Source: the human T2T-CHM13v2.0 reference genome, Homo sapiens | NCBI RefSeq assembly: GCF_009914755.1 | Contig: NC_060937.1 | Direction: 5' to 3' (one strand) | DNA length: 64,000 nucleotides | Shown here: positions 1 through 17,474 of the stretch, piece by piece | Position numbering within the stretch: position 1 is the stretch's first letter | Layout of the letters: each line of letters begins with the position of its first letter | The notes under the pieces: generated by a model | What the model was told of the DNA's origin: nothing | Seen by the model: only the letters and a program-made list of their open reading frames with translations | The model's database searches: none | Translations under genes and position numbers: made by a program

Positions 1-984
1 TCCTTTGCTTTTACTCTCCCTGCTTAACTCACGCCAGCTCCTCCATAGAAGGACTTGACACCTGGAGAGACTGGTTTCAGCCCCCTCTTCTTTCTGAAAT
101 GGGGACTTTACTTATTCTCAAAAGCTGGACTCTATGTGCTGCTCCTCTGTGGAAGGAACATGTGGTCAGGAGGAGAAAAAAAAAAAGGCTCAGGAATAGA
201 TGATTTCCATAATTACGCTTCGCAAACCCTTGCCTCCATTCAGCTGACACTCTTTCTTTCTGCCCTGCCAAGCGGGCTTGCTCTGGCGCTCTCTCACAAA
301 CCCCCTCCCCGCCCCCAACCCGCTTTTTCAAACACATACACCAGCACCCTCACATTTCACAATAAGTAAATGGTTTAAAAAAAAAATCTCCATTTTCTTT
401 TTCATGCGGCAGATGGCAGTTCTCAGGAACTTGGTGGAAATTAGGCTTTCTGATTTTCTGATAAATTTCAACATCTCACACAAAAAGCACAAGCTCATTT
501 TGATTCTGATGTTAAGTACCATATGGCATATCACCCGTGGAACGTGGCAGCTTCATAACCAGGGTAACAAGGAAGGGAGGGTCTTTCCTGTAACAACGAG
601 GCTGAGTGGGAATGAACCAATTGGATTCCTGGGTGAATACCATTTGATAATAATATTGTATATGACAGTGGAGTAATTATCCCTCTTTTATGGTATGTGT
701 TAATTTTCACTGCCAGTTTCCCTAATTACAACTGCCACCCAACGGACTACTTTTTGTAAATACTCTGTAAACATTTGAAAAGACATAGACAGTGCTTGTA
801 CCAAAAAAAAAAAAAAAAAGTCCCTAGATTTTGAAACTGTCTGGAAAATTGGCTGACGTTTTATATGTTTTTCAATTGCATAGACAGCCAGGGAGGAAAT
901 TTCACTATATGGAAATTCCCCTTCTCTCCTCCATGACATAATGGACCTCCCTGCCGATACTGTGACTGTTGTTTTGAGGGATAT

Positions 985-1242
985 TTTTCGCTGTTACCTT
1001 TTTCTATATTAAGTGCGCAGTTTCATGATCTTTGACAAATGTACACTATTGTGTAGCTCACACCCTAATAAAGATATAGAACATCTCTGTGGTCATGGAA
1101 ATTTCCCCGGTACCCCTTCTCAATCAGTCCTACCACCCCCAGCTGCCCCTATTCCGATTACTATCATATTATCGCCACAGACTAGTTTTGCTTGCTCTTG
1201 AACTTCACGTGAATACAGTCTGTTCTCTGTTGTGCCTGGCTT
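985..1242 (-). mobile_element. Ancient L1ME-like 3' fragment
   Basis: tttgacaaatgtacac...aagatatagaacat...ttgaacttca pattern. Confidence 0.55.
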
Positions 1243-2369
1243 AACTTGTTAACTCACTTTTGGTGCATTGAAGAGTTCAAACACCATTCCCCAAATTAGT
1301 AACATGTATGTAAACACAGTCTCGCTTGATGCGTGTCCTGTGATAAGTGATGAGATCCAATAAGCCACATCTCATCTCCCGTGGTCTATGTATGATGTGC
1401 GATGAGAAACACAAATCTTTTATTTTTCATAGACTTGCAGGGAGGGCGGGATACCATTGGGAGGTCGCTGGAGTAAACCTCTATCATTTAAGGAAAGAAA
1501 CTAAAGGGAGAATGCAAGGTAAGAGTGTCTGAGAAGAAGATAGAACCCTGATCTGGTTTTTGGTGGTTTGTTTGTGCATTTCTGGGAACGCAGCTGCCTC
1601 ATTCCTGGTAGGAAGCCTTTCCTGTGGTTGATTTGTTGCCCCCAGTCTACCTCAGACTGCCTGGCTTCTGAGCCGCTGCTGGCTTTCTTTCCAAGGCCTA
1701 CATCAGCAGAGGAAGGTGTCCCCGGACACAAGACAGGGTGTGGCTGAAGCTGGGCTCCCAGAGGCCTGTCTGTTAAAAAATACGCCCCCACCCCCCACCC
1801 CCCCAGGCCTGCCAGGTCTCTGAAATTCTCATTCCTTTTAGCTACAACTTGGGAAACTTCTGACAGAATAAAAATATATTCCTTTGGCTAAACAGATTAG
1901 CTAGTATTCACCTAAGAAGGAAAAGGACATAGAACAGTTCAACTTTGATGTGTGTGCTTCAGAGGGACTGAGAGGATCAATTTCCACATCAGTCCAAGGC
2001 ATAGAGTGCTCTCTGAGAGGCAGGCTCTGCAGAGGGAGGTCTCCATCACCTAGGGACCGCAGAGGCACAGAATGAAAGAGTTCAGCTTTACTCGTGTGGC
2101 AGGTGGTACTGGGATGGCCTTGAGTTTTCTCCCTTGGTAGGATTAATATCTCATTGAAAGATGTCTTGAGGCTGGGATAACCTGGCTAAAGGTGGAGCTA
2201 TGATAAACAGCCAGATCTCTTTTGGCATATTTGCGTATTAGAAACTTTAGTATGCAGCAACAACTGAGTCAGCTATCAGTAAGAATCTTCAGGAAAAAAA
2301 TAACCAGAAGACAGGGCGGTTTGTTTTCCTAAATGTTCATAGTAAGTGCTTGTACTCTTTTCATGCCAG

Positions 2370-2685
2370 CTGTAATAATAATCACTCACTTTCACCAAGC
2401 CTCACAATATGCCTGGCACAAAGCACTTTCCATGTTTTAGAATGAGCCACATGAAATTGCCATTTTTTACAGGTCAAAGACTTTAGAATTGAACGAACTG
2501 AACCACTTGCATTTGGTTCTACTTAATATTAATTCAGCCTTACCACAATCCTATAGTGTAGGTCCTATTATCATAAACACCCTTGACTGATGGGAGCATT
2601 GAGGTGAAGAGACATGAAGTAGCTTCCTTGAGGCTCCAAAACTAGTTAGTGTCAGAGCTGGTATTCACAACCAGGCCTATGTCCT
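2370..2685 (-). mobile_element. MIR with nested MADE2-like mariner MITE (~2437-2525)
   Basis: MIR core (gagctggtattcacaaccagg); internal catgaaattgccatttttt...ggttctacttaa. Confidence 0.5.
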
Positions 2686-3759
2686 ATATCACCTTCAAGA
2701 GAAGAATAAAACTAGCTGCTGTTAACCCCTCTCTTTTTTCTGGAAGAGGTTTAGGCCTGTCTTGGAGTCAGACAATATCTTCAGAAAAAAAATCTCTTTT
2801 TCCAGGAATGTCAAAACTCTGGCTTATGTGAGCCCATTTTATTTCATCAGCCACACTGGAAAGTGAGGTTTGATTCACACATGTGGTTGAGTACAATGTT
2901 GTGAAAAACACCTGAAAATGGGCTCTGAATGTGGAATTCTGAATCCTTTGATTTCAGACAAGAGGTCCTTTGATTTCCCCTTAGGATGGATGAAACCAGC
3001 AAGAACTGAGGCATTTCCTACAGGGTGGTAACCAGCTAGTGAACCCAGCTCACCTCCTCAATTGCTAACGGCCCCATACTCGTTGACAATGATATCTGTG
3101 TATTCTAAGAACTAGAGGGCAGGGCTCTTTCCTTTTCAGTTTGATTTTCAAATCTTCAGCGATGCATTAAGAGGACCGGCGGGATTGCTGAGCGTAAAGC
3201 GCCACCGTGTGGCCAAAGCCCCACATGCCAACAGGACGCTGTGTAAGTCATTCCCGCAGGAAGGGAGGCAGGAGGTGTGTGGCTCTGAAGACTCACAAAT
3301 CCTGACCAGGTGGAGGATCATGGCTCAGAGGACTGGGCTCAAGTCTGAGTCTTCACCCTGCAACTGGTACTTGAGGTCTGGAGTAATCATGAAAAAGTCC
3401 TCTGTCTTTCCCAAGTGATAGTGCCCCTCAGTGTAAAATGAGGCTACAACCTTCTCCAGGTGCAGTGGTCCCAGAACTGCAAAGAGAATATACATCTGAC
3501 TTTGTACATTATGTACAGAACCCAGGCAAGAATGGAGGTGAGGTCTCGCAACACTGGCACTCGAGGTAAGGGCTCCTCAAGACCAAAGTCAACAATCTTC
3601 AAATCTAACCTAATCTATACTTCCATTTGATAAAGGAAAAGTTGCAAATAAACCAGGTGATCTGGGGACTATATATAAGGAGGCATGACAAAAAAGGATT
3701 GTTACATTGTAACCAACTGAATGTAACTTGCAGATTTATGTATTTTGAGAGCCCTAATA

Positions 3760-4335
3760 ATAATAATAATATGAACTGAATATTTATTGTGCTTACTCTG
3801 CCAGACACCAGGCCAAGGGCTTTATGTGCATTATGCTATCAGGTGCTCATGAGGGTCCCATGAAGTAGGCACTCGAGCTTTGTTCATTTTACAGTTAGGA
3901 AGCTGGGGCTGGGAGCAGGCGAGTAGCACATTCAAGGCCATCCAGCCGGTGGGTGGAGGAACCAAGATTCAAGCCAGACCTCCTGCCTACAGAGCCCAAT
4001 CTTAACCACAAGTCGGTGCAGTGCTGTCTTCTTCAAAACAGCTTTCTCAGGAGACTGTACTTCCTCCAATTGAAACATTTTGAGAATTTCTCTTTTACAG
4101 CTACTTTCAGAGTGTGTGGCACAATTTTTGAATATCCTAAGTGATAGCAAATCAACATTCTTTCATTATGACAATAGTTAACAGTTACTATCTACCAGGC
4201 ACTTTAACAGGTGTAAATTCATTTAACCTTCACCATGACACTATATGTTAGGAAATGTTATTATCGTGCCCAATTCCCATTTGAGAAAAATAAGGCGTAG
4301 AGGGCCTAAATCATCTGCCCACTTTTACACAGCCA
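3760..4335 (-). mobile_element. Two MIR elements (~3760-4022, ~4170-4335)
   Basis: MIR motifs cattttacag...gaagctggggct and aagattcaagccag. Confidence 0.6.
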
Positions 4336-4699
4336 GGGCCTCAGGCCTGCAGCTTGGATGAGACCGTGTGAGACAGGGTGAGGCTGGGTAGTTTTTTCTT
4401 TGCATGAGGGGGTACTCGGGATCCAGAGTCCATCCGCACTCCCACCCAGTGCAGGCCAGAGACCACTCAGTGAAAGGAGCACCTAAGTCATGAATGACAC
4501 TTCAGCTGCCCGTGGGCTTCTGCTACAGGCAACTGTCTCTCAGCAGGGCTTGAGTTTTAGAAACAGTCAGAAGGAGTGCAGAGCTGGGTCTCATGAGACA
4601 GGTTAGTGAGCTTTCAGCTGTGGACAGTCCGATTTTGAATCAAAATTGAGACTGTTTTTCTCACCTGGCTGTGAAGCCTGCTCCACCAACCCTGCCGGT

Positions 4700-5815
4700 C
4701 TCCCATGCCGCTTCCCCTCTCGCCCTCTGGGCTCAGTCCGCACCCTTGGAGCACTTCCTGCTCATTGGCCCACTCTTTCTCGAACCTTGCTTGCTCCTCC
4801 TCTGCTTAGCTTCTGCATGCTGGGGTACTCCAGGCCTCAGGTGTCAGCTTCCTCCCTCTTACATCTCCACTCAGCACCTAGGTGACCTCACCTCCCTGTG
4901 GCTTCAAATTCCACCTCTGCGAGGATGGCCCCGGGATTACACCCTAGACCAAGCCATTCCCCTGAGCTCTACACAAAGATACCTAATTTCCCATTTGACA
5001 TCTCTACTTGGAGGTCTACGGAAAGCTCTAAGTAAACATACCTAAAATAGATCTCTTGATTTCCCTCGCCACCAAATACCCCTGCCCATCAGCCCATCCC
5101 TCATTCAACTCAATAAAGGGAACCTCTATCACGATCCCATGTCTCCATATCGAATTCACAGCAAACCTAAATACTGGAAGGTTCTCCTTCAGAGTTGATC
5201 CTAAATCCAATCATCTTTGGTTACTTCCCTATCCCCACCCTGATCAAGCTACTCCCTCAGGACCCTACAGAGCTGCTCAACAGCTGTCCCCACCCCACCC
5301 CCATCCCCAGTCAAAACCTCACCCAACAGCCAGAATCATCTTTTAAAAACGTGATCAGATTGTGTTATTCCCTTGCTCAGAACCCTCGAGCACTCCTGGG
5401 CACCTTCCTTCCTTCTCCTCAAGATCCCTTGATGCCGTTTCACATGGAGCCTTCCTTTGCCTGGGCAGTTCTCCTCCTGGTCTCCTCCTGGTCCTTTGCC
5501 TGGGCAGTTCTCCTTCTGGTCTCCATTAATCCCCCATTTCATTCCATTAAAGTGTCACCACCTCTGAGAGGCCTCCACTGACTGAACTCCCCACCTTCCG
5601 CCTCTCTACACTCTGTGCCTTTCTCCACCAGACTTCACAGCATTTCACCCCCGGCCCTTTATTCTACGTAAATATATATGCATGTCATAGATGACTACTT
5701 ATTGCCTATACACCTCTGCCCCCAAATTTAAAATCTCTGAAGGAAGGGATCTGGTCCTATTCTGCCTTCAGGGCCTAGAAGAGTGCTTGGCAAATACGGG
5801 TGCTCAGTAATGCAC
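4700..5815 (+). mobile_element. L2 (L2a-like) 3' region
   Basis: ttgacatctctacttgga...ctcttgatttcc; 3' end gggcctagaagagtgcttggca...gtgctcagtaa. Confidence 0.7.
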
Positions 5816-5934
5816 TACAGATCAGTCAGGGCCATCTTGGAGCTGCCTCGCATGAGCCATACTCCCTCTAGCACAGATGCCTTGCATGGTATTCCCTCGG
5901 CCTGAGTCTCTCTCCATGGCCCATGGCTCTTGAC

Positions 5935-10227
<4,293 letters not shown>

Positions 10228-11990
10228 CCCTCTCCCTCTCCCTCTCCCTCTCCCTCTCCCTCTCCCTCTCCCTCTCCCCACGGTCTCCCTCTCCCTCTCT
10301 TTCCACGGTCTCCCTCTGATGCCGAGCCGAAGCTGGACTGTACTGCTGCCATCTCGGCTCACTGCAACCTCCCTGCCTGATTCTCCTGCCTCAGCCTGCC
10401 GAGTGCCTGCGATTGCAGGTGCGCGCCACCACGCCTGACTGGTTTTTGTATTTTTTTGGTGGAGACGGGGTTTCGCTGTGTTGGCCGGGCTGGTCTCCAG
10501 CTCCTAACCGCGAGTGATCCGCCAGCCTCAGCTTCCCGAGGTGCCGGGATTGCAGACGGAGTCTCGTTCACTCAGTGCTCAATGGCACCCAGGCTGGAGT
10601 GCAGTGGTGTGATCTCGGCTCGCTACAACCTCCACCTCCCAGCCGCCTGCTTTGGCCTCCCAAAGTGCCGAGATTGCAGCCTCTGCCCGGCCGCCACCCC
10701 GTCTGGGAAGTGAGGAGCGTCTCTGCCTGGCCGCCCATCGTCTGGGATGTGAGGAGCCCCTCTGCCTGGCTGCCCAGTCTGGAAAGTGAGGAGCATCTCT
10801 GCCCGGCCGCCATCCCATCTAGGAAGTGAGGAGCGCGTCTTCCTGGCCGCCATCCCATCTAGGAAGTGAGGAGTGTCTCTGCCCGGCCGCCCATCGTCTG
10901 AGATGTGGGGAGCGCCTCTGCCCCACCGCCCCGTCTGGGATGTGAGGAGCGCCTCTGCCCGGCCGGGACCCCGTCTGGGAGGTGAGGAGTGTCTCTGCCC
11001 GGCCGCCCCGTCTGAGAAGTGAGGAGACCCTCTGCCTGGCAACCGCCCCATCTGAGAAGTGAGGAGCCCCTCCGCCCGGCAGCCACCCCGTCTGAGAAGT
11101 GAGGAGCCCCTCCGCCCAGCAGCCACCCCATCTGGGAAGTGAGGAGCGTCTCCGCCCAGCAGCCACCCCGTCCGGGAGGGAGGTGGGGGTCAGCCCCCGC
11201 CAGGCCAGCCGCCCCATCCGGGAGGGAGGTGGGGGGTCAGCCCCCTGCCCGGCCAGCCGCCCCGTCCGGGAGGTGAGGGGCACCTCTGCCCGGCCGCCCC
11301 TACTGGGAAGTGAGGAGCCCCTCTACCTGGCCAGCCGCCCCGTCCGGGAGGGAGGTGGGGGGGTCAGCCCCCCGCCCGGCCAGCCGCCCCGTCCGGGAGG
11401 TGAGGGGCGCCTCTGCCCAGCCGCCCCTACTGGGAAGTGAGGAGCCCCTCTGCCCGGCCACCACCCCGTCTGGGAGGTGTGCCCAGCGGCTCATTGAGAA
11501 CGGGCCATGATGACAGTGGCGGTTTTATGGAATAGAAAGGGGGGAAAGGTGGGGAAAAGATTGAGAAATCGGATGGTTGCCGTGTCTGTGTAGAAAGAAG
11601 TAGACATGGGAGACTTCATTTTCTTCTGTACTAAGAAAAATTCTTCTGCCTTGGGATCCTGTTGATCTGTGACCTTACCCCCAACCCTGCGCTCTCTGAA
11701 AGTGTTGTGTCCACTCAGGGTTAAATGGATTAAGGGCGGTGCAAGATGTGCTTTGTTAAACAGATGCTTGAAGGCAGCATGCTCGTTAAGAGTCATCACC
11801 ACTCCCTAATCTCAAGTACCCAGGGACACAAACACTGCGGAAGGCCTCAGGGTCCTCTGCCTAGGAAAACCAGAGACCTTTGTTCACTTGTTTATCTGCT
11901 GACCTTCCCTCCACTATTGTCCTATGACCCTGCCAAATCCCCCTCTGCGAGAAACACCCAAGAATGATCAATTAACAAAAAAAAAAAAAA
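10228..11990 (+). mobile_element. Full-length SVA (SVA_D-like)
   Basis: (CCCTCT)8 at 10228-10275, antisense Alu-like domain, GC-rich VNTR ~10680-11480, SINE-R, A14 at 11977-11990. Confidence 0.96.
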
Positions 11991-12160
11991 TACTTGAGAT
12001 TAAATAAATCTAAAGAGGACAACTAAATGTACTGAGTGATGATAGATCCTGAACCAGAATAATAATTACTTACAAAGGGCATCGTTGAGACAATGGATGA
12101 ACTCTGTATATAGGGATTGTGGTTTAGATAATAGTATTTTATCAATGTTAAAAAAAAAAA
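11991..12160 (+). mobile_element. SVA 3' transduction (159 bp, old L1M-like) plus second poly-A
   Basis: Non-SVA sequence between two A-tails, followed by the right TSD copy (12163-12181 vs 10209-10227, 18/19 match). Confidence 0.82.
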
Positions 12161-13913
12161 GAAAATGAAATTCTGGGTTGAAAATTCTTTTCTTTAAGAA
12201 TGTTGAATATTGGCCCCCACTCTCTTCTGGCTTGTAGGGTTTCTGCCGAGAGATCCGCTGTTAGTCTGATGGGGTTCCCTTTGAGGGTAACCCGACCTTT
12301 CTCTCTGGCTGCCCTTAACATTTTTTCCTTCATTTCAACTTTGGTGAATCTGACAATTATGTGTCTTGGAGTTGCTCTTCTCGAGGAGTACCTTTGTGGT
12401 GTTCTCTGTATTTCCTGAATCTGAACGTTGGCCTGCCTTGCTAGATTGGGGAAGTTCTCCTGGACAATATCCTGCAGAGTGTTTTCCAACTTGGTTCCAT
12501 TCTCCCTGTCACTTTCAGGTACACCAATCAGACGTAGATTTGGTCTTTTCACATAGTCCCATATTTCTTGGAGGCTTTGCTCATTTCTTTTTATTCTTTT
12601 TTCTCTAAACTTCTCTTCTCACTTCATTTCATTCACTTCATCTTCCATCGCTGATACCCTTTCTTCCAGTTGATCGCATCGGCTCCTGAGGCTTCTGCAT
12701 TCTTCACATAGTTCTCGAGCCTTGGTTTTCAGCTCCATCAGCTCCTTTAAGCACTTCTCTGTATTGGTTATTCTAGTTATACATTCTTCTAAAATTTTTT
12801 CAAAGTTTTCAACTTCTTTGCCTTTGGTTTGAATGTCCTCCTGTAGCTCAGAGTAATTTGATCGTCTGAAGCCTTCTTCTCTCAGCTCGTCAAAGTCGTT
12901 CTCCATCCAGCTTTGTTCCGTTGCTGGTGAGGAACTGCGTTCCTTTGGAGGAGGAGAGGCGCTCTGCTTTTTAGAGTTTCCAGTTTTTCTGTTCTGTTTG
13001 TTCCCCATCTTTGTGGTTTTATCTACTTTTGGTCTTTGATGATGGTGATATACAGATGGTTTTTTGGTGTGGATGTCCTTTCTGTTTGTTAGTTTTCCTT
13101 TAACAGACAGGACCCTCAGCTGCAGGTCTGTTGGAGTACCCAGCCGTGTGAGGTGTCAGTGTGCCCCTGCTGGGGGGGTGCCTCCCAGTTAGGCTGCTCG
13201 GGGGTCAGGGGTCAGGGACCCACTTGAGGAGGCAGTCTGCCCGTTCTCAGATCTCCAGCTGCGTACTGGGAGAACCACTGCTCTCTTCAAAGCTGTCAGA
13301 CAGGGACATTTAAGTCTGCAGAGGTTACTGCTGCCTTTTTGTTTGTCTGTGCCCTGCCCCCAGAGGTGGAGCCTACAGAGGCAGGCAGGCCTCCTTGAGC
13401 TGTGGTGGGCTCCACCCAGTTGGAGCTTCCCGGCTGCTTTGTTTACCTAAGCAAGCCTGGGCAATGGCGGGCGCCCCTCCCCCAGCCTCGCTGCCGCCTT
13501 GCAGTTTGATCTCAGACTGCTGTGCTAGCAATCAGCGAGACTCCGTGGGCGTAGGACCCTCTGAGCCAGGTGCGGGATATAATCTCGTGGTGCGCCGTTT
13601 TTTAAGCCCGTCGGAAAAGCACAGTATTCGGGTGGGAGTGACCCGATTTTCCAGGTGCCGTCCGTCACCCCTTTCTTTGACTCGGAAAGGGAACTCCCTG
13701 ACCCCTTGTGCTTCCCGAGTGAGGCAATGCCTCGCCCTGCTTCGGCTCGCACACGGTGCACACACCCACTGACCTGCGCCCACTGTCTGGCACTCCCTAG
13801 TGAGATGAACCCGGTACCTCAGATGGAAATGCAGAAATCACCCGTCTTCTGCGTCGCTCACGCTGGGAGCTGTAGACCGGAGCTGTTCCTATTCGGCCAT
13901 CTTGGCTCCTCCC
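12161..13913 (-). mobile_element. LINE-1 5' portion (5' UTR plus ORF1 with premature stop), young L1PA2/L1PA3-like
   Basis: Starts GGGAGGAGCCAAGATGGCCG (YY1 site); ORF1 MGNKQNRKTG... with TGA at 12619-12621; CpG-rich 5' UTR lacking the 129-bp segment of older L1PA (GGGTACTCC|AACAGACC). Confidence 0.93.
13464..13772 (+). CDS. L1 ORF0 (antisense ORF), 102-aa extended form
   Basis: MAGAPPPASLPPCSLISDCCASNQRDSVGVGPSEPG...; ORF0 donors CAG|GTGCGG at 13569 and CAG|GTGCCG at 13654; no evidence of expression. Confidence 0.6.
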   Translation: MAGAPPPASLPPCSLISDCCASNQRDSVGVGPSEPGAGYNLVVRRFLSPSEKHSIRVGVTRFSRCRPSPLSLTRKGNSLTPCASRVRQCLALLRLAHGAHTH

Positions 13914-13987
13914 AATATTGGGCTTTTATAATGAAGCTTAAAAGGGAATTGGGCTGGGTCTGTTAGGACTAGAACATCTTGTGATGC

Positions 13988-14772
13988 TGTATGGTTGGCT
14001 AGATAATGGCTTCCCAAAGATGTTTCCATCCTAATCCCCAGAACCTGTGAATGTCATTTTATATGGCAAAAGATATTTTGCAGATTTGATTAAATTAAGG
14101 ATTTGGAGATGGAGAGATTGCTCAGGTGAGAGTGATGTAATCACAAAGATCCTTATAAATGGGCCGGGCACGTAGGCTCACACCTGTAATCCCAGCACTT
14201 TGGGAGGCCAAGGTGGGCAGATCACCTGAGGTCAGGAGTTCGAGACCAGCCTGACCAACATGGGGAAACCCCGTCTCTACTAAAAATACAAAATTAGCCA
14301 GGCATGGTGGCACATGCCTGTAATCCCAGCTACTCAGGAGGCTGAGGCAAGAGAATCACTTGAACCCAGGAGGCAGAGGCTGCGGTGAGCCAAGATCGTG
14401 CCCATTGCACTCCAGCCTGGGCAACAAGAGCAAAACTCTGTCTCAAAAAAAAAAAAAAAATCCTTATAAATGGGAAGCAGGAGCACAGACTGAGCAGGTG
14501 GAGACGTGATGATGGAATCAATAGGTTGGAGTGATGCAAGGATGGGGTCACCAGCCAAGGAATGCAGGAAGCCCCTGAAAGCTGAAAAAAGCAAGGAAAT
14601 GGATTCTCCTCTAAAGCTTCCAGAAGGAACACAGCCCTGCCAACATCTTGACCTAACCTGGTGAAACTGATTTTGGTTCTTCTGACTTCCAGACTGTAAA
14701 AGCATAAATATATATTGTTTTAAGCCTTTAAGTCTGTGGTAATTTATTACAGCAGCAACAGGAAACTCATTC
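13988..14772 (+). mobile_element. MLT1D-like MaLR LTR interrupted by an Alu
   Basis: cccaaagatgtttccatcctaatccccagaacctgtgaatg...taatttattacagcagcaacaggaaac. Confidence 0.75.
14162..14460 (+). mobile_element. AluS
   Basis: Full dimer with poly-A; TSD atccttataaatg. Confidence 0.93.
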
Positions 14773-15184
14773 TCTCTGCAAAGGCGAACAGTGGTGAGAG
14801 GAACACAGTGTCCTGTTAGAGACACTTTGGGCTCTGTGTCTGAGAATGGGCACCAGGAAGGTCGGTCTTGGCAGCAATGCTCTCAGTTGCATGGCACATG
14901 GCTGGGTACACACGATTCAAATCAAACTAGCAGCTCCATGCATCTTGCCCCATGAAGCAGAAGACAGTCTGTAGCGGGAGCTAGAAACCAGGTGCTAAAA
15001 AACAAGCCAGATGCCACGGATGCACATCCTCTCTTTTTGACATTCTGTCTAGGGATAGGTAGATTTTCATGTATCAAAACTGAGAATCCTGGGAAAGCCA
15101 GAGATCTAACATAGCCTCAGTGATCAGCTTGATTCCATTGAATAACTGGCCAATCCAAGGAAGAAAAGAATCTGTCAACTCAAC

Positions 15185-17216
15185 TGGGTTTTCTGAATTG
15201 ACTTTTATTGTTTCAGATTTCATTTATCTCAAACCCCACCAGACACCATCTCAAGATTCCCCAGGCAGAGCACAGATCCTTGGGTTTATCACCAACTTCA
15301 AACACCTAAAAATGATCCCCAAAGACAAGACAACCTTCTGTTTCCCAATCATGGAATTTTTCAGGCTGTGTATAGTCTCATGAAAGACAAAAAACATACA
15401 AAACAAAGCAAAATAAGACGGCACAGCTTCATGTGCCATAAGCAATAAATGCTTTTAAAAAAATCAGGACTCCAAACATCCTCGCAGTCATGTTTATTTT
15501 TTCTTATCTTTAAAAACAAAATGTACACAGTATCTTCACCACATAATTTCAGGGTGGATCTATGATAAACTGTAGTTTGATAAGAGGCAGAGTAAAGACA
15601 CCTTTATCCTGAGTTTATCCCCAACAATGAACTTTTATAGATGAGGCTTCAAACAAGGCCACATTTAGGGAAAATAAAAGATCTGTGGTGATAAATGGCA
15701 GTGCTTTAATGCAGTTTATAAAACAAATCTCCTAAACATTTACTTTCCAGTCAAGCTTCTGGCTATAGCTGGGTTAGTACAAGCAACAAAATGAAAGAAA
15801 CTTTCCAAACATTGACATTGGCACTCGAAAAATAATAAAGAGAGGTATTAAAACATTTCTAGTATGGTTTCATTCTGAAAACATGTTGAGATAAAATTTC
15901 TAAGAATGCAATATAATTACTAGCTGTTTTTTATTTGTAAGAGTTACATATTCTTAGATTCATATGATCAGGTTCACATAAACAAAAGGTTCTTCCTAAA
16001 AAATGGAACAATAAGAATATCATCCCACAGGCATGGCAGAAAGGAAGCCTCTGTTCAGTTCTTAGCCTGACCTTAGCCTAGAACATCCTTGGCTTAATTC
16101 AAATGATTGTGGTTTTCTTTGTTTTGTTTTGTTTTCTGTTTTTTGTCTCTCTCCCTTCCTTCTGCCCAAAGACCCTTATACATGCACAGACTGGTTTACA
16201 AGAAAATGCCAAAAAAAGAAGTGAGAATAGATAAATTTCAGTATATTCTCCAAACCAGTGGTTCTCAAGCTTGAATGGGTACAACTATTGCAAAAATGTA
16301 AAAAGTATTTAGAAATACAAAGAATATATTTTAAATGTAATTCTGATTCAGATAGTTCCTAAAATACAGAAATCCTTTCTATACCAAAAGAACGTAATGA
16401 TTCTGATTGTTCTCTTAACTGGGGAAAGGGAAAGGTGTGGCCTGTCATAAACTGGTTCCATGGATATTTAAAAAGATTTTTCTGGGTAAGAATTAGAAGA
16501 AAAAGAAAAGAATCACCCCATCTCCCTTCTTCTCTTGTCAATTGCCTATGTGAAGGGGAGCTGAGTTTTGGGGCCTGAGGAAACAGTGTGGCCCCCAGGC
16601 AGGCTCGTGACATACCCCTTCCCTCACCCCATTGCCAGGGCATTAGCCTCATCTTAGCTTAATGCAGCAGGAGTTTCTGGAAAACTCTGAAAAGAGAGCA
16701 AAAGGAGCTGCTTTCTCAACTGCATTCTGCACACAAGACGGCAACCTCAGTGCAGATCCAGCATGTCTCTGAGCCTCATAGAAAGAGGAGCTACCTCTTT
16801 GAAGCTTTGGCCCAGAAATCTACAGGTGAGTTCATTTCTGGTACTGAGCACATTGCTAGCAGCCACCTGGACAGACACGTGGAGAATGAGGACCAGGCCA
16901 GGTGAGGTCAGGGGAGTGAGCCCAGACACTCCACTCAAGACCTTCCATTCCTTCAGCTCTTGAAGACCAGCCAGGCTGTAAGTCCCTGGTCATCAGCCCA
17001 CGCAGAGAAACTCAAGCTCTGAGAGTGTCCTGAGACCTGTCCCCTGGGAAGCCACAGGTCTGTTTGGCACTGGCACGGCACCAGCAGGCAGTGTGCTGAG
17101 CGGGTTGACTGTGTTACAATTGGCATTTTCAACTCTACCAAATACCTCATGCTGCGCTGAAAGCGGACAGCTTCTCAGGGACCCAGTCTGAGACACGTCA
17201 AGGAATCCAGATGGAG
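15185..17216 (-). other. C13orf42: Probable 3' UTR of C13orf42 with candidate AATAAA signals at 15930-15935, 15493-15498 and 15204-15209
   Basis: Repeat-poor AT-rich sequence after the stop codon; three minus-strand AATAAA hexamers; the one actually used cannot be determined from sequence. Confidence 0.55.

Positions 17217-17474
<258 letters not shown>

Noticed and set aside
1-700. Possible promoter of a neighbouring gene (CCAAT palindrome at ~617, GC-box-like runs); GUCY1B2 is recalled as the adjacent locus
   Set aside because: No recognisable exon or TSS in the window; cannot be supported from sequence
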